A stretch of DNA of 62,155 bases from a bacterium (GTDB lineage Bacteria > Patescibacteriota > Minisyncoccia > Phycocordibacterales > VMGT01). Of this stretch, positions 51,356 through 60,101 are shown in pieces. Each line of letters begins with the position of its first letter. Position 1 is the first letter of the stretch. A program made the translations under genes and the position numbers. Below the pieces are notes generated by a model. It did no database searches. It was not told the DNA's origin and was given only the letters and a program-made list of their open reading frames with translations. The DNA is taken from NCBI GenBank assembly GCA_030697645.1, contig JAUYPI010000009.1, positions 1 through 62,155 of the forward strand, read 5' to 3'.

Positions 51356-53731
51356 ATGGTACATGCGATTAATTTTAACGAAGAGCGCGTAACCCACTTT
51401 GCAAAGACCGACGCGCGCGGGAAGCACATCCCCTTCGGCATCAAGGCAAAGGACAGGACCCGGCATGTCTATGTGATTGGTAAGACCGGCATGGGAAAGT
51501 CGACCTTGCTTGAGAACATGGCGGTGCAGGATATCAAGAACGGCGAGGGGTTTGCGTTCGTTGACCCGCACGGCAAATCAGCCGACCTCCTCCTCGACTA
51601 CATCCCTCCCGAGCGCGTCAAAGACGTGCTCTACTTTGCCCCCTTTGACCTTGAGTATCCCATCGCGTTTAACGTGATGGAGGACGTCGGCTACGACAAG
51701 CGGCATCTTGTGGTAAGCGGGCTCATGGCCGCGTTTAAGAAAATCTGGGTGGATGTGTGGAGCGCGCGCATGGAGTACATTCTGCAGAACACGCTCTTGG
51801 CGCTCCTCGAGTACCCGGGGGCGACTCTGCTTGATGTGAACCGCATGTATACGGACAAGCGGTTCCGCGAAAAAGTAGTGGGAAGTCACGGGAGCGTGCG
51901 CGAGGATCGCGTGGAGGGAATGGTTAAAGATCCGCTGGTGAAGTCATTCTGGCTCGATGAGTATGCGACCTACACCGACCGCTACACGCAGGAAGCAACG
52001 CCCGCGATCCAGAACAAGATCGGCCAGTTCACCGGCAACCCTCTGATCCGCAACATTGTAGGACAGAGCACGTCGACGTTCGATCTCAGGACCATGCTCG
52101 ACGAGCGCAAGATTCTTATAATTAATCTCTCGAAGGGCAAAATCGGCGAGGGAAACGCGAACCTGCTTGGCAGCATGATCATCACGAAGCTCTATCTTGC
52201 GGCGCTCTCGAGGGCGGATATAGCGGATCGCGAGATGACGAAGCTCCCCAATTTCTATCTCTATGTTGATGAGTTTCAGTCGTTTGCGAACGAGAGCTTT
52301 GCGGATATTCTCTCCGAGGCGCGCAAGTACAAGCTGAACCTCACCATGGCGCACCAGTATGTGGAGCAGATGAGCGAGGAGGTGCGGGCGGCGGTGTTCG
52401 GCAATGTGGGCACGATGATCGTGTTCCGCATCGGCGCCTTTGACGCCGAGGTGCTCGAGAAAGAGTTTGCGCCGCAGTTTACGGCAGAAGACTTGGTAAA
52501 CCTCGGCTTCGCGCAGATTTATCTCCGGCTGATGATCGATGGTGTATCGTCGCAGCCGTTCTCTGCGGTCACTTTGCCGCCGATCGCGCCGCCGGAGCAC
52601 TCTCTGCGGGAGCAGGTGATCGAGAATTCGCGCGCGCAGTTTGCGCGGCCGCGCTCTGGAGTTGAGGCCGAAGTGCGCGAGCGCTACGAGGGCCAGCAGC
52701 GGGATCGCGAGCGCGTAGCAGCGGAGCAGTCCGGGCGTGCGCGAGCGGAGAACGTCGGCGCGGGGGAGCGCTCCGAGCGGCCGCAGGGGGGCGGACGCGG
52801 GTTTGAGGGCGGCGCGACACGGCGAGCGGTACGTATGTCTCATGACCGACCTCCGACATATGCCCGCAGCGCTCGCGAGGAGTACCGTTTGCCGACGCGT
52901 CGTGCTCCAGACGCCGTATATTCGCGGGATAGCGGCGAAGAACCGCGGCATGAGAGAGTTGGCGAGAGAGAGCGAACACCACAGGGCGAGCCGCCGGGCG
53001 GCGAGCGGAGAGCGACTTTGCAGCTGGAGCGTGAGGCGTCGCAGGACTTTTCTCGTGAGTCACACCAGAGCGATCGCCCTCGGCAGCCGCATGGCGAGCC
53101 GTTTCGTGAGGTGCGGGATGAGAGGCAGCGCACCGCGCGCGAGGAGAGTTCCTCGCCGCGCGCTCCCGTGCGCGGCGACGGACGTCCCCGAGAATATCGA
53201 CCGTCTGAGCACCGAGAAGAACCGGAGGCGCACCGTCCCTTCTCCGGCGCGCTTCGCGACGCGCTGCGGCGCGCGCAGGAGCGAGAGGTGCCTCAACAAG
53301 GTGGCGACGCGCGGCGCGGCGAGGCCGAGCAGGGTCCTTCCGTCAGGATGCGTGAAGATGGTATGCATCGCGATCGCGTCCAGCACCTTCCGCGGAAGGT
53401 GCTGGACGATCGCGTGGCCGGAGCTCCGGCCACGGCACTGGGTAATATATCACCGCCGACGCACCCCATCACCCCCCGTTTTGACCGCTCGGCACGGCCC
53501 GAGACGCTCTCAGGCCTGCGTGATGCGCTCGCAAAGGCGACGGGGAGTAGCAGCGCGCGAGAGCCGAGCGCGGGCTCGAGCGCCCCAAGCGTCGAGAAAG
53601 AATCGATGCGCGAGCAGGATCAAAAATCAGAAAGAAAAGAGGAACAAAAGCGCGAGGAACCGCCGCAGACCCGGGTTCCGAGTGAAATCCCCGAGGAAGA
53701 ACTTAAAAAAATACTTGACGTGGGGAAGTGA
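51356..53731 (+). CDS. soluble TraD/VirD4-like (type IV coupling protein family) P-loop ATPase with a long low-complexity tail
   Basis: Walker A VIGKTGMGKSTLLENM, Walker B FYLYVDEFQSF, MAHQYVEQM. No N-terminal TM segment. The last ~330 aa are R/E/G/P-rich. Confidence 0.8.
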   Translation: MVHAINFNEERVTHFAKTDARGKHIPFGIKAKDRTRHVYVIGKTGMGKSTLLENMAVQDIKNGEGFAFVDPHGKSADLLLDYIPPERVKDVLYFAPFDLEYPIAFNVMEDVGYDKRHLVVSGLMAAFKKIWVDVWSARMEYILQNTLLALLEYPGATLLDVNRMYTDKRFREKVVGSHGSVREDRVEGMVKDPLVKSFWLDEYATYTDRYTQEATPAIQNKIGQFTGNPLIRNIVGQSTSTFDLRTMLDERKILIINLSKGKIGEGNANLLGSMIITKLYLAALSRADIADREMTKLPNFYLYVDEFQSFANESFADILSEARKYKLNLTMAHQYVEQMSEEVRAAVFGNVGTMIVFRIGAFDAEVLEKEFAPQFTAEDLVNLGFAQIYLRLMIDGVSSQPFSAVTLPPIAPPEHSLREQVIENSRAQFARPRSGVEAEVRERYEGQQRDRERVAAEQSGRARAENVGAGERSERPQGGGRGFEGGATRRAVRMSHDRPPTYARSAREEYRLPTRRAPDAVYSRDSGEEPRHERVGERERTPQGEPPGGERRATLQLEREASQDFSRESHQSDRPRQPHGEPFREVRDERQRTAREESSSPRAPVRGDGRPREYRPSEHREEPEAHRPFSGALRDALRRAQEREVPQQGGDARRGEAEQGPSVRMREDGMHRDRVQHLPRKVLDDRVAGAPATALGNISPPTHPITPRFDRSARPETLSGLRDALAKATGSSSAREPSAGSSAPSVEKESMREQDQKSERKEEQKREEPPQTRVPSEIPEEELKKILDVGK
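53707..53731 (+). repeat. direct repeat, left copy (last codons and stop of the ATPase gene)
   Basis: AAAAATACTTGACGTGGGGAAGTGA, identical to 54353-54377. Confidence 0.9.
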
Positions 53732-53854
53732 ACAAGAGGAGCGAGAAAAACAGGGGATCACACGCAAAACATGGTTTTGGCCGACTCACGTTCGTCTTTG
53801 CGAGGAACGCAGCGGAGCGGAGCGACGAAGCAATCCAGGATTAAACCTCAAAAC

Positions 53855-54340
53855 ATGCAGATCAATTTTTTTGTCGATTCCGATCTTGGGGATTATGAGG
53901 CGGGGCGCGCGGAGTACGAGGCGATTTGGAATGAAGACGGTGAGCGCATTCTTGCGACACTCGAGAGGGTAAGCGGTTTTGCGTTTCATGAACACACGAT
54001 CAACGCCATCGTTTTTGATGGTCGGGGAAGATCGCATCCGCTCAGTCTCCGACACGACCTCCCGCTCGACCGTAAACGCTCATCGCTTGTGCATGAGCTC
54101 GGACATCGTCTGCTCCACGGTCGTGAGCGCAAGATGGCGACAAGCGACGAGCGGCACCGTTTTCTCTTTCTGATACTTTTTGACGTTTTGGTAGAGCTCT
54201 ACGGCGAGCAGTTCGCGCGCGAGACTGTCGCGTGGGACAGCAGGCCCGAACTCAAGTTTTGCTACAAGAATATTTGGGATGAGGCGCTTGCGTTTACCGC
54301 AGAGGAGCGCAGAGCCGAATTTGAAAAGCTCAAAAAGTAG
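53855..54340 (+). CDS. putative zinc metallopeptidase-like protein (HExxH)
   Basis: SLVHELGHRLLHG. 161 aa from MQINFF. Confidence 0.55.
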   Translation: MQINFFVDSDLGDYEAGRAEYEAIWNEDGERILATLERVSGFAFHEHTINAIVFDGRGRSHPLSLRHDLPLDRKRSSLVHELGHRLLHGRERKMATSDERHRFLFLILFDVLVELYGEQFARETVAWDSRPELKFCYKNIWDEALAFTAEERRAEFEKLKK

Positions 54341-54352
54341 ATATCAGAACTC

Positions 54353-54377
54353 AAAAATACTTGACGTGGGGAAGTGA
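54353..54377 (+). repeat. direct repeat, right copy
   Basis: Exact 25-nt copy of 53707-53731. Looser similarity extends about 10 nt upstream (AGAACT-Y-AAAAA). Confidence 0.9.
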
Positions 54378-54470
54378 GTACGGCATTCTGGCGTTAGAAG
54401 CTTCGATGGTTTTTCAGGCAACAGGGGAGGTGGTAATGGCAACGGTAACTCACCACGAAGGGAGTAAAGG

Positions 54471-54854
54471 ATGAGTACGTGGAAGGACGACATTATTGGA
54501 CTATTCACCGGAACTTCGCTCGGTATTGCCCGGGAGTGTGTTGACTGGACGGGCATGGGCGGCCTGCTTTGTAGGTGGGATGTAGCGTCGCCGGACGAGC
54601 GCTCTAAAATACGGGATGCGCTCGCGGAGATCATAGCGGAGGAGAAGAGCGCAAGTACGGACTGGGGCGTTGTCCTTGACGCCGCGTACTTTGCATACAC
54701 GCAGAGCATTTGGGACCAGAACGTGTGCCATGCGATCTTGGCCCTCAAGATAACCACAGCTCCCCCGGAGTGGCAGGATCGGGTTGAGTACGTTAAGGAT
54801 TGCTACATTGCAGGCTATATGGGCTACATGCGCGCAAAAGTCGTGACCACTTGA
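54471..54854 (+). CDS. hypothetical protein
   Basis: 127-aa ORF with a GGGAG-type SD, followed by a strong terminator. Confidence 0.5.
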   Translation: MSTWKDDIIGLFTGTSLGIARECVDWTGMGGLLCRWDVASPDERSKIRDALAEIIAEEKSASTDWGVVLDAAYFAYTQSIWDQNVCHAILALKITTAPPEWQDRVEYVKDCYIAGYMGYMRAKVVTT

Positions 54855-54873
54855 GATGCGTGCGCACAACTCG

Positions 54874-54912
54874 CCCGACAGCTCCGAGGAGCTGTCGGGT
54901 GTTCGGTTTTTT
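54874..54912 (+). terminator. rho-independent terminator
   Basis: CCCGACAGCTC-cgag-GAGCTGTCGGG followed by TGTTCGGTTTTTT. Confidence 0.8.
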
Positions 54913-55005
54913 AGGCGTGCACTCGCTACTAAAAGCCGATAATGGTATTGTAATGAGCGGAGTTTCAAATACGAAGAAGGCTCAAAATTTTAAGGGAGTA
55001 GGAAG

Positions 55006-55836
55006 GTGAGAAAACACGCAGACGTTGTAGGCGAAACGTATCGAAAGTTTCTTGCACAGTTCCTTGTCGATCGGCCAGAGTTTGCACGTGGCGATACGCA
55101 GCCTATAGTGCGTAAACCGCGGTGGACCAGTGCACTTATGCGCACCGTAGCGGAATGGGAAACAACGCTCAAGAAAGGCGATGGCGTCCTTCGGCTCATG
55201 ACGCGATTTGACGCGGATACGGGCGAGCCGCTCTCGTGGGCGCTCCGGAAAGACCTCTCGTCTAATATCGTGCTCATTGACCGAGAGTATGCACGAGCGC
55301 AGGCGTGTGTCGAACGCGACCGTTTTCTGCGCCTTGCGAGCGGGGTGGCGGAATCCTTGCACAGCTTCGAGGACGGGCCATCGGTTGAACTTATCGAGCC
55401 CGTTCGTGGCGAGCGGAGATTTGCAGTGTCGTGGACTCACCGCGTCGATTCTCTCTTTGTTGCCGACCCTCTTCTTGTCGAGGACGACCATCTGACCATC
55501 GAGATCGACCCCACTGACGGCGATGTCGTCTCACTTGCCTACGAGTGGCACGCAGTTACGCCACAGACGATGCCACTATCGGAGGAAGAAGCGTACAGGC
55601 ACGTACTGTTTTTCTCACAAAAGCCCTACGGCGATCTACCTACCATATCCGTTGGTAGAAAAGTTTTTGGCTCGCTTCGCTATGTTCCCGTACTGGAAAA
55701 TCGACCGAAGAAAAACCCCGTTTTTCGACCGATGTGGTTTTTCCGTGTGCTTGAGCACGATAACCCCGACTCCCACTTTTGGGATGTATATGTAGACCAG
55801 AAGTGTTGCGTTTACAAGTTTGTCCGAAGTCGGTAA
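55006..55836 (+). CDS. hypothetical protein (276 aa)
   Basis: GTG start after GGGAG. No confident motif. Followed by a terminator. Confidence 0.5.
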   Translation: MRKHADVVGETYRKFLAQFLVDRPEFARGDTQPIVRKPRWTSALMRTVAEWETTLKKGDGVLRLMTRFDADTGEPLSWALRKDLSSNIVLIDREYARAQACVERDRFLRLASGVAESLHSFEDGPSVELIEPVRGERRFAVSWTHRVDSLFVADPLLVEDDHLTIEIDPTDGDVVSLAYEWHAVTPQTMPLSEEEAYRHVLFFSQKPYGDLPTISVGRKVFGSLRYVPVLENRPKKNPVFRPMWFFRVLEHDNPDSHFWDVYVDQKCCVYKFVRSR

Positions 55837-55873
55837 CGCTGCCGGTTTCGGTTTTATCGTTTGCGTAGGGGTT

Positions 55874-55912
55874 CGCCAGACAGCTCTCAGAAGCTGTCTG
55901 GCGACAATTTTT
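55874..55912 (+). terminator. rho-independent terminator
   Basis: CGCCAGACAGCT/AGCTGTCTGGCG stem followed by ACAATTTTT. Confidence 0.75.
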
Positions 55913-55950
55913 GCCTCGGCGTCGTACAACACATTGTGCAAAATTCTGAG

Positions 55951-55978
55951 TTGCGTTTTGTCGTCGAGCCACTATACT
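55951..55978 (+). promoter_or_regulatory. promoter candidate placed for a leaderless TA transcript
   Basis: TTGCGT, 16-nt spacer, TATACT ending 6 nt before ATG 55985. Confidence 0.4.
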
Positions 55979-55984
55979 GTATAC

Positions 55985-56209
55985 ATGGTGACGGAAACAG
56001 TACAACTGAATACTCTCCCACTCACATTGTATCCTTCGACGAAGAAAAACAAAATCGTCGTGGAGATGGACGCGGATCGCTTCGAGCGCTTGGCAGCAGC
56101 GTTCGGTTTTTTTAACCCGGAATTTCTTGAGAGCCTCGATCAGGCGGAACGTGAGATTGCGCACGGTAAAACGAAACGCCTCAAAAGCCTACAGGATCTC
56201 CGCAGTTAA
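55985..56209 (+). CDS. putative antitoxin of the RelE-like toxin
   Basis: 74-aa ORF ending 2 nt before the toxin ATG. Confidence 0.55.
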   Translation: MVTETVQLNTLPLTLYPSTKKNKIVVEMDADRFERLAAAFGFFNPEFLESLDQAEREIAHGKTKRLKSLQDLRS

Positions 56210-56211
56210 AC

Positions 56212-56490
56212 ATGCTCGAAATCAGATACACTCCGGAGTTCAAAAAGCGCTACGGTGAGTTACCAGGCGCGGTGCAAAAGAAAGCGGAGCGGCGCGAAAA
56301 CGTGTTTCGTCAGAACCCGTTTCATCCTGCACTCCGAACAGAAAAACTGGAACCCCGCCGTAAGGAGTACTGGAGTTTCCGTATTGACCGAACGTACCGC
56401 ATCCTCTTTCGTTTTCGAGACCAAAACACTATCTACTTTCTCACGTGCGGTCACCATAAGTGGATTTACCGCTACGTTGATCGGCACTGA
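56212..56490 (+). CDS. RelE/ParE-superfamily toxin
   Basis: YTPEFKKRY...YWSFRIDRTYRILFRF...IYFLTCGHHKWIY pattern. 92 aa. Confidence 0.75.
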   Translation: MLEIRYTPEFKKRYGELPGAVQKKAERRENVFRQNPFHPALRTEKLEPRRKEYWSFRIDRTYRILFRFRDQNTIYFLTCGHHKWIYRYVDRH

Positions 56491-56567
56491 TAAACTGACA
56501 AAGAGACCGCGGTGTTCTCCTGGAAAATCTGCGCGGAAAAATAGTCGTGCGTGGTAGAATACCTCTG

Positions 56568-57734
56568 ATGGCACCGGAGCAGAGTAATGAGCGCGGCGAA
56601 ACGCCGTACCAGGCACCTTCCGCAGCGCGCGCGCTTGAGGCGGCACGGATGGCGCCGCCTCGAGTAGAGTCACTCGTACCGCACGTGCGAGAGACGCGTT
56701 TTGAAACCGCGCAAGGTCCACGCTTTGTGATCCGGACGATGCAGCGCGACATCGAGGCGACACTCCGGAGAGAAAAGACCTCGCTCGGCACGGTCGTACT
56801 TGCTGAAGAGCGGCGCCGACGCGCTCGGAGTACCGCGGGAGAGGGGAATGAGCCTTCGCGCATTGAGCCCGTCGAGCAGTCTCGGCGTGTCAGCATCGCG
56901 ACACTCGCGATCGTCGGCGGCGCAGTCCTCATGCTCGGCGCGGTTGCGGTAGTTGCGTTTGTCCTCCTGAAGCCCACCGCACCGCAGACAGCGCCCGGCC
57001 CCGTTGCAAACGCAGTGGTGCCCGTTGACGGCTCCGTCTCGCCACTCACATTGAGCGGCCTCACCGAGTTTGTGATCCGCTCCCGGCTGCGCGAGGCGGT
57101 CCAAAACGCGAAGACGCCGATCAATACAGTTTTTGCGATCCCGCTCGTTGATCGCGGCCAGCTCCTCCCCAAGGAGAAAGGCGCGATTTTGGTTGAGCTG
57201 ACGACTGATGAATTTTTTCGTCGCATAGCGCCGGAGGCGCCCGCGGCTCTGCGTCGCGCGCTCGATCCGGCGTTCACCTTCGGCGTTTATGCGTTCAATG
57301 GCGATACTGGCTTTCTCGCCTTCGGCGTCCAGTCGTTTGAGATTGCCTTTGCCGAGATGCTTCACTGGGAGCGTACACTCTCGCTCGACCTCGGGCCTAT
57401 TTTTAGACGGAGCGGGTCGCAAGCGTCTCGCGCGTCGGAACCGGTGCTTCCCAAGAGCTCTGCCGGCGCGCTCGAGCACGGCGCGACGACCACTGCCTCC
57501 GGCATCGGCACGAGCACCACAGAGGAGTCTCTACCGCGGCGTACGCTCTACTCCGGAGCGTCGCGTTTTGAGGATATGGTGGTTAAAAATTACGATGTTC
57601 GTGTGTTCCGGGACGAGCGCGGCGAGCCGACCATCCTCTATACATTTCCGAATCGCTCAACGCTTCTCATTGCCGGGAGTACCGCGACACTCGAAGAGCT
57701 CATCCGCCGTCTCACAACCCTCAAGCGCGAGTAG
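56568..57734 (+). CDS. single-pass membrane protein, unknown function
   Basis: Cytoplasmic N-terminus (FVIRTMQRDIEA), TM segment IATLAIVGGAVLMLGAVAVVAFVLL, large extracytoplasmic domain. A GTG alternative lies at 56547. Confidence 0.55.
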   Translation: MAPEQSNERGETPYQAPSAARALEAARMAPPRVESLVPHVRETRFETAQGPRFVIRTMQRDIEATLRREKTSLGTVVLAEERRRRARSTAGEGNEPSRIEPVEQSRRVSIATLAIVGGAVLMLGAVAVVAFVLLKPTAPQTAPGPVANAVVPVDGSVSPLTLSGLTEFVIRSRLREAVQNAKTPINTVFAIPLVDRGQLLPKEKGAILVELTTDEFFRRIAPEAPAALRRALDPAFTFGVYAFNGDTGFLAFGVQSFEIAFAEMLHWERTLSLDLGPIFRRSGSQASRASEPVLPKSSAGALEHGATTTASGIGTSTTEESLPRRTLYSGASRFEDMVVKNYDVRVFRDERGEPTILYTFPNRSTLLIAGSTATLEELIRRLTTLKRE

Positions 57735-57748
57735 GGGGTGGTGGAGGG

Positions 57749-57926
57749 CAACCGCTCACTCCTTCAAATTTCACGCTCGAGCTTCGGTGTTTGGAAATGA
57801 TAGTCGCCTCATCGACGAAAAACGCATAACTCGCCTGCAGGCTCAAACAGATGCGTTTTTCTATTCGGCTCCTTCATTTCCTAAACACCTCTCGCTATGC
57901 GTGAAATTTGAAGGAGTGAGCGGTTG
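57749..57926. repeat. 178-nt hairpin element with 28-bp perfect terminal inverted repeats, family F copy 2
   Basis: CAACCGCTCACTCCTTCAAATTTCACGC (57749-57776) is the exact complement of 57899-57926. The inner part is homologous to 17467-17583. Confidence 0.9.
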
Positions 57927-57969
57927 CGGTGTAGGAGTATGTTTAAGTGAGATGCTATTTCACGCCGCT

Positions 57970-60018
57970 ATGTCTTACCTAGACGATCTTAACGCAGCGC
58001 AGCGCGATGCGGTCCTTGCCACTGAAGGACCGCTTCTCGTTGTTGCCGGTGCCGGGGCAGGGAAGACGAAGACGCTCACGTACCGGATACTCCACCTGAT
58101 CGTGACGAAAGGCGTTCGTCCGGAGCACATCCTCGCGATCACGTTTACAAACAAAGCGGCACGCGAGATGCGCGACCGCGTGCACGCTCTACTTGCATCG
58201 GCTGGCGTCCAGTCGGCGATTTCCCACTCTCCAGTTTCTACTTTCCACTCTCCAATCGTTTGCACTTTTCACTCCCTCGCGGTCTTGATGCTCCGCGCGC
58301 ACGGCGCGCGTATCGGCATTCAACGTCGGTTCACGATCCTGGATCGCGCTGACTCGACGAGGGCGATGCGCGAGGCGGTGAAAAGTGCCGGTTTTGATCC
58401 AAAACTCTGGGACCCGGGGAAAATCCTCGGTGCGATCTCGCGGAAGAAGGGCGATGCGCTCTCGCGCGCAGCGTTTTCGGAGATAGCGTCGAGCTACCCC
58501 GAACGCGTCATTGCAGACGTCTGGGAGCGCTATGAGGGTATCCTCGTGCGCGAGCGCGCACTCGACTTCGACGATCTGCTGCTCTCCGCGCTCACACTCC
58601 TCGCTGCCCAGCGCGAGGTGCTCACGCACTACCATGAGCGTTTCCGCTACATACACATAGACGAGTACCAGGATACGAACCGCGTGCAGTACGAACTCTC
58701 GCGTCTCCTCGCCGCGCGCTACCGCAACATTTGCGCCGTGGGCGACAGCGACCAGAGCATCTATTCCTGGCGCGGCGCCGACCTACGGAATCTGCTTGAT
58801 TTCGAGCGCGACTACCCGGAAGCCCGGGTAGTGCTGCTTGAGGAGAATTACCGCTCGACCAAGACCATTCTTGCCGCGGCGAACGACGTGATCAAGAAGA
58901 ACGTGCTGCGGAAAGACAAAACGCTCTACACGCGCAATGCGGACGGGGAGCGGATCGGCATCTCGAGCTGCTACGACGAGGCGCACGAGGCGCGTTTCGT
59001 GGCAGGGACAGCGCACTCGCTCGTCGAGGGCGGCACGGCACCTGAGGAGATCGCGGTGCTCTACCGCACCAATTTTCAGTCGCGCGCGCTTGAGGAGGCG
59101 TTTCTCAACGAGGGTGTTTCCTACCAGGTGGTCGGCGTACGTTTTTTTGAGCGTAAGGAAGTGAAAGATGCGCTCGCGTATGCGAGAGTGGCGTTTGCGA
59201 TTGCGGAGCGGGAGAGAGAGGAGACGGGGAGCGACGGCGAGGACGTCTCGGCGCCGCCCGCGGGCGGCGCCGAGACTCCACAGAGGAGCGTCTCATCACT
59301 CTCTGACCCCGCCCTCGCGAGCGAGCTCGCGCGTATCATCAACGTCCCGCCGCGCGGCATCGGGAGGGCGACGCTCCTCAAACTTTTTGCCGGGCGAGCA
59401 ATTCCCGTCGCCGCGGCGCGCCGCGCCGCGGAGTTTGAGACGCTCCTCAGCGAGCTCGCCTCACGAGCGGCGACCCTGAAGCCCTCGGAGACTGTGCGGC
59501 TCATTGTTGAGAAAACAGGCATGGCGGAGCATTTTCGGGACGGCAGCGAGGAGGGAGCCGAGCGGGAGGCGAACATCCGCGAGCTCGTGACGCTAGCCCT
59601 TAAGTATGACGAGCTCGCGCCGCTTGCGGGCCTCGAGCGGCTCATTGAGGACGCGGTGCTTGTGAGCGACCAAGACACGCTCGAGAGCGCGAAGAGCGCG
59701 GTGCGCCTTATGACGGTGCACGCGGCTAAAGGGCTCGAGTTCGACCACGTCTTTATCACCGGCCTCGAGAGTGGGCTTTTTCCGCACGAGCGGAGCGGCG
59801 ATGCGACGGATGACGAGCGCGAGGAGGAGCGGCGGCTTTTTTACGTGGCGCTGACGCGAGCGCGGAAGCGCGTGCACCTCACGTGTGCATCCATTCGTAC
59901 CGTCTTCGGCTCCCGAAACGTCGCGCTCCCGTCAGAATTTCTCGCGGACATCCGTGACGAGCTCCTGGAGGTAGTCGAACCGGCATCACACGGGGATGAA
60001 AAAGTTATACGATTTTAA
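57970..60018 (+). CDS. pcrA: UvrD/PcrA-family ATP-dependent DNA helicase
   Basis: VVAGAGAGKTKTLTYRI, IHIDEYQDTN, VHAAKGLEFDHVFI. Start at MSYLDDLNAAQ; the track ORF is extended through the repeat. Confidence 0.9.
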   Translation: MSYLDDLNAAQRDAVLATEGPLLVVAGAGAGKTKTLTYRILHLIVTKGVRPEHILAITFTNKAAREMRDRVHALLASAGVQSAISHSPVSTFHSPIVCTFHSLAVLMLRAHGARIGIQRRFTILDRADSTRAMREAVKSAGFDPKLWDPGKILGAISRKKGDALSRAAFSEIASSYPERVIADVWERYEGILVRERALDFDDLLLSALTLLAAQREVLTHYHERFRYIHIDEYQDTNRVQYELSRLLAARYRNICAVGDSDQSIYSWRGADLRNLLDFERDYPEARVVLLEENYRSTKTILAAANDVIKKNVLRKDKTLYTRNADGERIGISSCYDEAHEARFVAGTAHSLVEGGTAPEEIAVLYRTNFQSRALEEAFLNEGVSYQVVGVRFFERKEVKDALAYARVAFAIAEREREETGSDGEDVSAPPAGGAETPQRSVSSLSDPALASELARIINVPPRGIGRATLLKLFAGRAIPVAAARRAAEFETLLSELASRAATLKPSETVRLIVEKTGMAEHFRDGSEEGAEREANIRELVTLALKYDELAPLAGLERLIEDAVLVSDQDTLESAKSAVRLMTVHAAKGLEFDHVFITGLESGLFPHERSGDATDDEREEERRLFYVALTRARKRVHLTCASIRTVFGSRNVALPSEFLADIRDELLEVVEPASHGDEKVIRF

Positions 60019-60101
60019 TCATCGACACCAATTTAGAGCGAACGCATAAAATTGGTGTCAATGTGAAGGTGATAGCCTCTACCTTCTCTATTTTTTGGAA
60101 T

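Noticed and set aside
51944-53972. Long ORFs (335 aa on minus, 411 aa in a plus alternative frame) overlapping the ATPase gene and its tail
   Set aside because: They arise from the GC-rich repetitive tail region. They have no motifs, an R/S/A-biased composition, and the ATPase frame is supported by Walker A and B.
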